Below, piece after piece: positions 1 through 6,391 of a stretch of 11,743 bases of DNA (positions are counted from its first letter, which is position 1; every line of letters begins with the position of its first letter). The DNA lies in NCBI GenBank assembly GCA_964447495.1, contig CAYUTF010000094.1, forward strand, positions 1 to 11,743, in the 5' to 3' direction. This DNA comes from an uncultured archaeon (lineage in GTDB: Archaea; Asgardarchaeota; Lokiarchaeia; Sigyniarchaeales; SOKP01). A program made the position numbers and the translations under genes. The notes beneath the pieces are model-generated. The model worked only from the letters and a program-made list of their open reading frames with translations. It was not told the DNA's origin and made no database searches.

Positions 1-732
1 AGCACTGCCGTAGATATGACTGGTACTAGTACATTATTCGTAATTCATAAGGATAAACCTATTATCGATCCATCTATCCAAAATTTAAGGCATGTCATTA
101 GTGGATGGGTTCCATTCACCATGCTTGATTGTGGAGGGTTGGCTATGAAATGGTGCAAGGATTTATTAGGTTCTTTGGGAAACCAAGAGATTTCATATGA
201 ACAAATGATCGAGATGGCGGAAAAGGTTCCTGTCGGAAGTGATGGTCTTCTGTTTTATCCATATTTCCTTGGAGAAAGGCGTCAAGATAACATTAACGCA
301 CACGGGTGCTTTTATGGGTTGAAATTAAATCATTCCGCTTCACATATGGCACGTTCTATAATGGAAGGGGTGGCATTAGCAATTGGAAAAGACGTTCTGA
401 ACTTTAAAAGAACTGGAGTTAACATTAAGCGTGTATTTTGTTTGGGGGGAGCTACTCGTAATAAGTTATTATATAAAATAAAAGCAAATACTATGCAACT
501 AACTCAAATCCTCACAAATCAGCCAGAAGCTAGCTTACAAGGATGTGGTTTATTAGCAGCTTATGGTCTAGGAGTAATTAAGGATTTTAATGCACTCAAA
601 GACCTAAAAGATAGAAATCTTGAGATAATCACTCCTAATGAAGAATTAGCCAAAAAATATTATACTTTACAACAAGATTTTATTCGAATGTATAATCATC
701 TAATTGGCTATTGGAATAAAGAAACTCTCTAA
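1..732 (+). CDS. FGGY-family carbohydrate kinase (xylulokinase-like), C-terminal part; 5' truncated by the window edge
   Basis: Frame is open from base 1 (STAVD-MTGTS). FGGY motifs present: TGTS, GLLFYPYFLGER, GCFYGL, ARSIMEGVA, LGGATRN, EASLQG. Substrate cannot be determined from the sequence. Confidence 0.9.
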   Translation, partial: STAVDMTGTSTLFVIHKDKPIIDPSIQNLRHVISGWVPFTMLDCGGLAMKWCKDLLGSLGNQEISYEQMIEMAEKVPVGSDGLLFYPYFLGERRQDNINAHGCFYGLKLNHSASHMARSIMEGVALAIGKDVLNFKRTGVNIKRVFCLGGATRNKLLYKIKANTMQLTQILTNQPEASLQGCGLLAAYGLGVIKDFNALKDLKDRNLEIITPNEELAKKYYTLQQDFIRMYNHLIGYWNKETL

Positions 733-743
733 ATGTGAACCAT

Positions 744-1172
744 ATGATGGGCAATAGTTTCTATATGGATATAGATGATATTCAGCCAAGTCAACTTTAT
801 CTTAATATCCGGAAAATTGAAGATGTTAAGAAAGAATACCCAACTATACGTCCAGAGACAATTGATGCCGTTCCAATAAAAATTTTAAATAATCAAATTA
901 TCTTTACAGATGGACATACCAGAGCATATGTTTTATGGACCCATGGATATAAAAAGATAAAAGTGATATGGGAGGATGAAGAATTAGATTGGCAAGCATA
1001 CCAAATATGCGTAGATTGGTGTAAGGAAGCAGGTATTACTACCATATCGGATCTCAAAACTAGAATCATTGATAATGAATCGTATCAAATTAAATGGATT
1101 AAGCGTTGCCAAGATATGTTCTTAGAATTAGAGAAAAAAAAAATTGAAAAACAAAGAAAAGAAAATAACTAA
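744..1172 (+). CDS. Small ParB/sulfiredoxin N-terminal-like domain protein
   Basis: IDDIQPSQLYL, then VPIK, then IIFTDGHTRA matches the ParB/Srx DGHxR signature. Start is uncertain (GTG 735, ATG 744 or ATG 747). Directly follows the kinase stop at 732. Confidence 0.7.
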   Translation: MMGNSFYMDIDDIQPSQLYLNIRKIEDVKKEYPTIRPETIDAVPIKILNNQIIFTDGHTRAYVLWTHGYKKIKVIWEDEELDWQAYQICVDWCKEAGITTISDLKTRIIDNESYQIKWIKRCQDMFLELEKKKIEKQRKENN

Positions 1173-1175
1173 TTT

Positions 1176-2651
1176 TTACAATGGAGGATCGCTATTAAAA
1201 CTTAATGTAGCAGCAACCCCCATATTATCGTTCATCAGCGGATTCTGGACAATGGATAACGGTGCCTGATTGAAGGGAATAAAATTAAATGCGGTATTAA
1301 ATGCAGAATTTATCGTTTCATTTTCATCAAGTTTGTCCCAGAATACATGGAAAAACCATGATCCTGCCCATCCATCTCCATTAGCGTTATTTATCCAATA
1401 CCATGAGGGTCTATTCGAAGAAGCAGTGACCATAATACAGTTTGGGATATTATACCAGCTACTTCCTACATTTGGGTCACTATTTAGGAAATTCCCGCTG
1501 AAACAACAATCAATATTGATCATCATTCGCTTACATTCTATCTCCTTCACTAAATTATAAAACTCTAGTTCAGTGATAAAACTATTGTCTGCTTCAAAAT
1601 GAAAGGTAGCACTGCCATCGGGAAACTTCTTATTTGAACCGTGATCGCACATATAGATAATCAGGTAATCATTCTCATTTATCAAATCCGCAAATGAACC
1701 CGCTATAGAGACATTTAATTCTTGTTTGAAACGCGAAGCATTCACATCATCATCAAGTACATCGATGACCGCACCAACCATATCGTCAAGGATTCCATCA
1801 TTACGATAAATATTGACTATACCATCAATATCATTCTTCCAATACAACATAAAAAAGATATTTTCATCGGTATATCCATGATTTTTTAAAACCCAATAAA
1901 CTTGTAGTGATTGGGCGGGAAACCCATCTGAATTAATGCCACCCGGACTTGGAGGAGGCTCCATCGGGTTTGTTACGTTTACACTGATCCATTTATCAAT
2001 TTTGATATTATCGAAATACACAGCTTTATTCATTAAATCTGGAAAGGCAGCTTCCACACTTAACACTAAGTTCAAATCAGTAATTTCATTATTTGTTTCA
2101 TTATTACACACTCCAGTAAGATTTAAAGAAAACCAACTGTTGATAATATTATTAACCCCATCAGTCCAATCAATTCTTACTGTTTGACCAGTAGAATTTA
2201 GCCACTGAAGCCCTATTTTAGTACCGTTTCCTACAAGTGGCACAGGACTTTGGATAAAGATATCTACTGTAATATTATATAATGCATATTCAAGAAGATC
2301 GTAATTTTCGGAATAGTCTAATGAAAAATTGCCTACCACCGGTAAATCAGTGCCTGAGAATATAGTTAATGAACCATATGGATTTCCAAACACCGAATAC
2401 TCACCAAAACAAGCAGTCCCATCAAAAGTCCAGTTTCCCAGACCTAAATCAATGCTAGAGTCGCCACCGTCATTAAAATCATAATCCGGTTCGCTTTCAT
2501 AAAAATCATTCGCGCTTCCTACGATTAATGCTTTTCTCTCGCTAGGTATTACTATAGGAGGAGTGGTTGGTAACGTTAAAATTATTACAGAAATAATTAA
2601 TGCTCCTATAACTGCGAGCACAACTATCGGAATAACTACTTTTTTTTTCAT
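1176..2651 (-). CDS. Membrane-anchored or secreted clan CD cysteine peptidase (C13 legumain/Gpi8-like) with an inserted beta-sandwich-like domain
   Basis: N-terminal MKKK plus hydrophobic helix. Legumain-like motifs in order: KALIVG, VYWVLKNHGYTDENIFFM, YLIIYMCDHG (His337), MINIDCCFSG (Cys383), MVTASS. Preceded by RBS AGGTGA. Confidence 0.8.
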   Translation of the reverse strand: MKKKVVIPIVVLAVIGALIISVIILTLPTTPPIVIPSERKALIVGSANDFYESEPDYDFNDGGDSSIDLGLGNWTFDGTACFGEYSVFGNPYGSLTIFSGTDLPVVGNFSLDYSENYDLLEYALYNITVDIFIQSPVPLVGNGTKIGLQWLNSTGQTVRIDWTDGVNNIINSWFSLNLTGVCNNETNNEITDLNLVLSVEAAFPDLMNKAVYFDNIKIDKWISVNVTNPMEPPPSPGGINSDGFPAQSLQVYWVLKNHGYTDENIFFMLYWKNDIDGIVNIYRNDGILDDMVGAVIDVLDDDVNASRFKQELNVSIAGSFADLINENDYLIIYMCDHGSNKKFPDGSATFHFEADNSFITELEFYNLVKEIECKRMMINIDCCFSGNFLNSDPNVGSSWYNIPNCIMVTASSNRPSWYWINNANGDGWAGSWFFHVFWDKLDENETINSAFNTAFNFIPFNQAPLSIVQNPLMNDNMGVAATLSFNSDPPL

Positions 2652-2657
2652 TAAATT

Positions 2658-2663
2658 TCACCT
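2658..2663 (-). promoter_or_regulatory. Shine-Dalgarno site of the C13 peptidase gene
   Basis: AGGTGA 6 nt upstream of the ATG at 2651. Confidence 0.7.
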
Positions 2664-2670
2664 ATTATTA

Positions 2671-2721
2671 GAAAATCATCTCAACATTGAATGATTCTTA
2701 ACCTTAAATAAGATGATTTTC
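2671..2721. repeat. Perfect 11-bp inverted repeat GAAAATCATCT-N29-AGATGATTTTC
   Basis: Arms at 2671-2681 and 2711-2721 are exact reverse complements, located between a TATA-like element and the peptidase RBS. Confidence 0.6.
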
Positions 2722-2723
2722 CA

Positions 2724-2740
2724 ATTTAAATATTTTTACC
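2724..2740 (-). promoter_or_regulatory. Candidate archaeal BRE/TATA promoter for the peptidase gene
   Basis: Minus strand reads GGTAAAAATATTTAAAT: a purine-rich run followed by a TTTAAA box. Weak evidence given the AT-rich background. Confidence 0.35.
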
Positions 2741-2749
2741 AAAACTCCG

Positions 2750-2774
2750 ATAAAAAAGAAAATAAAAAAAAGAA
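2750..2774 (-). terminator. Oligo-T tract, archaeal-type terminator of the oxidoreductase pair
   Basis: Minus strand reads TTCTTTTTTTTATTTTCTTTTTTA, starting about 13 nt after the stop at 2788. Confidence 0.55.
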
Positions 2775-2787
2775 TAGATGAGTTATA

Positions 2788-4287
2788 TTAAAATTCGGGT
2801 TTTTCGATAATATCTAACAAATCATATTTCGAGATCATTTCGAGAACGCCCATAACCTTCATACCATGTTCGTACATCTCATTTGCATCATATAAGTTCC
2901 GCCAGCAAAATGGGCATTCCGTTGTCAGAAAATCTGCTCCTATAGCATTTGCTTCGTCGCACCGTAAACTTGCGGTTCTGATTGAGAAATCAGGATAACC
3001 AGCTCTTACTCCGCCTCCCGCTCCACAACACATTGAATTCATCTTAATTCTGTACATTTCGGTAAATTTAATGCCTACGTCCTCTTCGAGTTTTCGGAGT
3101 ATGATACGTGGTATATCGAACCAATCCTCAATCATTTTGTCTATTTTACGCATATCAAACATTAGATTTTCTGATTTCTTGATCATATTTTGCTCCATGT
3201 CAATAGCAAAATGCCTGCCGGTATGGCAAGGATCATGATAGGTCACCACTTTTCCCTTTAACTCTTTATTCGGTTTGAATTTGATTTCTCCCTTGAAATC
3301 TTTAATTCTCTCATATTCTGCTTCAAGTCCTTTTAACTCCGCCTCTAATCTCTTATCCGGCTTCGCTTTTAATTTCTTCTTGATTTCATCGATCTTTCCA
3401 GGCAATTCTTTTTTCTTTTTGGGGACTGAAATTAAATCCGAGATTAATTCAAACGCATGTTGGGTCTTAAAAGGGAGTTCTTCTCCTTCTGGCATCCATT
3501 TTGGATAATCAATCGTGAATGTTCTATAACATCCTGCACAAGAGAAATAAAGTTTATCTAAATGTTTAAAATTTTCGAGATTGGTATTCATTAGTTCTTG
3601 GGCAGTATCTACAGCGCCTATTCTAAAGAAGGGGCTTCCGCAACATACCTCATCATCAAGTAAGGTAAAATTCATTCCAAGCAGATCAAACAACTTTGCA
3701 GTTGCGATGGCAACCTCTACTTGACGATAACTTGCAGTACAACCGACATAATAGCCGATTTTCGCATCTTTGTTATTTATATATTTACTTAAACCCGCAT
3801 CTTTAGCCCATTTCATTCGTTCGTCTTTGGCTCCGCCATATGGATTATTTAATTCTTTGACTAAGCGATTAACTAACTGATGCTTTTCAATCATAGGAAC
3901 GCCCGATTCTATTAATGCCGCTCTTAATGACTCAATAATATCTACTGTGGGTATTTTATTTTCGCATTGTGCAGAACACTGTCCACACGTTATACAAGGC
4001 ATTAAAACATCACGGACCTCTTCCGAAAATTCTAGATCGCCATTTAAAATAGAACGCGCAATCCAAATTTTTCCGGCATTCCAAAATGCTTCCCAACCAT
4101 ACTCTATCCCCGCAGGGCAGGAGTCCACCATTCCCTCATAAAGAACGGTACCTTGTTTCCCGGTAAATTCGCCTATTCCCTTTCGATCAGGCTCTCCAGA
4201 ATACGCGAAACGGCATGCTTTACAATGAATACAACGAAATACATCTTTTTTTAATTCTTGTAATCTTTCCATTCCAGTTTTTGCCAT
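2788..4287 (-). CDS. Fe-S oxidoreductase, HdrD/GlcF/GlpC-like (two 4Fe-4S motifs plus two CCG domains)
   Basis: Ferredoxin-type motifs CIHCKAC...SCP and CITCGQCSAQC. CCG domain 1: YYVGCT...CCGSP...SCAGC. CCG domain 2: YHDPCHTGR...CCGAGGG...ECPFC. Start moved to ATG 4287 because the GTG at 4299 lies inside the RBS GAGGTGA (4296-4302). Confidence 0.9.
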   Translation of the reverse strand: MAKTGMERLQELKKDVFRCIHCKACRFAYSGEPDRKGIGEFTGKQGTVLYEGMVDSCPAGIEYGWEAFWNAGKIWIARSILNGDLEFSEEVRDVLMPCITCGQCSAQCENKIPTVDIIESLRAALIESGVPMIEKHQLVNRLVKELNNPYGGAKDERMKWAKDAGLSKYINNKDAKIGYYVGCTASYRQVEVAIATAKLFDLLGMNFTLLDDEVCCGSPFFRIGAVDTAQELMNTNLENFKHLDKLYFSCAGCYRTFTIDYPKWMPEGEELPFKTQHAFELISDLISVPKKKKELPGKIDEIKKKLKAKPDKRLEAELKGLEAEYERIKDFKGEIKFKPNKELKGKVVTYHDPCHTGRHFAIDMEQNMIKKSENLMFDMRKIDKMIEDWFDIPRIILRKLEEDVGIKFTEMYRIKMNSMCCGAGGGVRAGYPDFSIRTASLRCDEANAIGADFLTTECPFCWRNLYDANEMYEHGMKVMGVLEMISKYDLLDIIEKPEF

Positions 4288-4295
4288 TTTTCTTA

Positions 4296-4302
4296 TCACC
4301 TC
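4296..4302 (-). promoter_or_regulatory. Shine-Dalgarno site of the Fe-S oxidoreductase gene
   Basis: GAGGTGA 8 nt upstream of ATG 4287, just after the flavoprotein stop. Confidence 0.75.
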
Positions 4303-4308
4303 GTTAAA

Positions 4309-5793
4309 TTACGGGAGTGCAAGCCTCCCAGGATGCATGATCATATTCGGATCTACTAGCTTCTTAAATGCTCGTAAATATTTCCAATACATAGAAGCTT
4401 TATAATAAGCTTCGATATGGATAAAAGGATCAGGTCGATAATTTAACCATCCTTGCTTTAGTCCATATTCCGTAGTTTCTCGATTCATTTCTTGAACTTT
4501 TTCGAGATCGGACTGTTTTGTTGAATCAAAGCAAACGATGGGCATACAAATCGCTTGTCGACAACGTTCGATGCTTGCTATCCACATCACGGGAGGGAAC
4601 CCATATTTCTCCATAGCTTTACAATACATATCTGCGAATTGTGCACAATCGTTCCAAGGAGTATACCATGTAATAAATAAGTAACCCGCTTCCCAGAATG
4701 CATAGGGGATCGCAATTTTATTTGGTTTCTTCATTCTACTTGCAATTTGTTTGGGATGTAATTCCCACGGTTTCATGGCATCAGGGTCCTTAGCTCTATT
4801 TTTCTTATAATCTTCAGCCATACTATTAATTCTGTTAACCACATAATCTAATTCCTCCTGGGTTTGTGCCCAACATTCCCAATTCATCCACCACCTACTT
4901 ACACCAATCTTCTCGAAGAATTCATAGTTGTGAGGGATTTTATCCTTCGGCCAACGAGTCATTACAAGGGGGTAATTTCCTCCTTGAACCATAACTGTGT
5001 TATGACTAATACCGAATTCTTGTTTACCAACCTCAAGAGTTAAGTCTTGCATATCATGAGGATTACTCATACCCCACGCAACAACGGTTTTAAATTTAGG
5101 GTGAGGATAGATTTTCACAGCAACTTTAGTCACGACACCCATAGCGCCTTGACTCCCCATTAAGAAGGACCACATATCCGGTCCTAAACCATATTTGTAA
5201 AATGGTTTAGCAAACGGAAGAGCCCACGATCCTGTTCGAATAACATCGCCATTTGGAAATACTATTTCCGCACACATAAAGTTATCTCCTTGTGGACCTA
5301 CAGAACTTGTATACAGCGAAAAGCCACGATCAATAGCATCTCCCATTACAGTAGCTGCAGGAGGTGCGCCATCTGCAATTGGTGGCGCCCAATCTGGATA
5401 GTTTTTAGCCATATAAGCCCAAAGTTGTCCGTTTGTGACACCAGGCTCTACTACGACATAGCGATTATCTTCATCGATTTCGATGATTCTATCCATTCTA
5501 CTTAAATCAAGAAGTACGCCTCCTGGTTTAATAGTAGGACATGCAAACCCTCCTGATAATCCTGCTGAAACAGGACTGACAGCTATTTTCTCTGCAGAGC
5601 AGTAAAGTAGGATTTTGCGGATTTCTTCAGGGTATTTTGGGCGAACTACAATATCAGGGATTTGGGATTCTAAACCCATGACCGATTTGGCAAGATACGA
5701 AGCAGTGATTGCCTTATTATTAGTAGCATAATTCTTGCCTACAATACCAATCATGGCTTCTAAATCTTTCTCATCTGGAAGTTTATAGCTCAT
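4309..5793 (-). CDS. FAD-linked oxidoreductase of the VAO/PCMH fold (FAD_binding_4 plus FAD-oxidase C-terminal domain)
   Basis: PDIVVRP, GGVLLDLSRMDRIIEID, VVVEPGVT, EIVFPNGDVIRTG, GSQGAMGVVTK and the C-terminal KKLVDPNMIMHPG. Confidence 0.9.
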   Translation of the reverse strand: MSYKLPDEKDLEAMIGIVGKNYATNNKAITASYLAKSVMGLESQIPDIVVRPKYPEEIRKILLYCSAEKIAVSPVSAGLSGGFACPTIKPGGVLLDLSRMDRIIEIDEDNRYVVVEPGVTNGQLWAYMAKNYPDWAPPIADGAPPAATVMGDAIDRGFSLYTSSVGPQGDNFMCAEIVFPNGDVIRTGSWALPFAKPFYKYGLGPDMWSFLMGSQGAMGVVTKVAVKIYPHPKFKTVVAWGMSNPHDMQDLTLEVGKQEFGISHNTVMVQGGNYPLVMTRWPKDKIPHNYEFFEKIGVSRWWMNWECWAQTQEELDYVVNRINSMAEDYKKNRAKDPDAMKPWELHPKQIASRMKKPNKIAIPYAFWEAGYLFITWYTPWNDCAQFADMYCKAMEKYGFPPVMWIASIERCRQAICMPIVCFDSTKQSDLEKVQEMNRETTEYGLKQGWLNYRPDPFIHIEAYYKASMYWKYLRAFKKLVDPNMIMHPGRLALP

Positions 5794-6019
5794 AATTATT
5801 AACCTTTTACTCTATCTTCATATTTTTTGATTTTTTTAATAATATAGAATACTAGTTTGGAAAATTCACTACCAAATTTTAAATTTCGTAATATACATTT
5901 CCAATAAAAATAGGAAATCCTCTTATAACAATAATCTATATCGCTTAAAAAGATAACAATGGTGCTAAAATTTGTATTTTATAACGAAAAATTGTTACAT
6001 GCCATTTATAGAGGGCACA

Positions 6020-6391
6020 TTAAAACTGAGATATATTATAAACACGTTTAATTTCCTTATGTAATGCGGTTATGGTGAACGGTTTTTCGATAAATGAGGT
6101 GACACCAACTGATAAAGCTTTATGCTCTACGGATTTGTCTGCGCTGGTGAAAATAATTTTAGTATGAGAGTTCATTTTCAAAATTTCGATTGAGGCATCA
6201 ATTCCATTTTTAAGGGGCATTCGGTGGTCCATCAAAATTATATCTGGTTTTGATTGCATAGTATTAAATAAATCAACAGCCTCCTTTCCGTTACTTGCTT
6301 TTCCAACCACCTCAAAACCGAATGTCGTCAACATTAACTCATACAGTCGCTGTAAAGATAGATCATCTTCGACGATGAGGATTTTAATTAT
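6020..6391 (-). CDS. Single-domain response regulator (REC, CheY-like)
   Basis: KILIVEDD lies in frame upstream of the track's ATG at 6334. Also PDIILMDHRMPLKNG (phosphoacceptor Asp), IIFTSA and FIEKPF. An in-frame TAG at 6395-6397 limits extension, so the start is placed at ATA 6391 (or ATT 6388); the exact start is uncertain. Confidence 0.85.
   Translation of the reverse strand: MIKILIVEDDLSLQRLYELMLTTFGFEVVGKASNGKEAVDLFNTMQSKPDIILMDHRMPLKNGIDASIEILKMNSHTKIIFTSADKSVEHKALSVGVTSFIEKPFTITALHKEIKRVYNISQF

Noticed and set aside
1270-2187. + strand ORFs 1270-1560 and 1936-2187
   Set aside because: Antisense shadows inside the C13 peptidase gene, with no motifs and atypical composition.
4288-4299. 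GTG start at 4299 from the ORF track
   Set aside because: The GTG is part of the GAGGTGA Shine-Dalgarno; ATG 4287 has proper spacing.
3275-5505. + strand ORFs 3275-3508, 3947-4141 and 5290-5505
   Set aside because: Antisense to the well-supported oxidoreductase genes. The CAEHCPH and Cys-rich stretches are by-products of the opposite strand's codons.
5850-5920. Short inverted repeats (TTGGAAA/TTTCCAA, ATTTCC/GGAAAT) upstream of the flavoprotein gene
   Set aside because: Only 6-7 bp in very AT-rich DNA; not distinguishable from chance.
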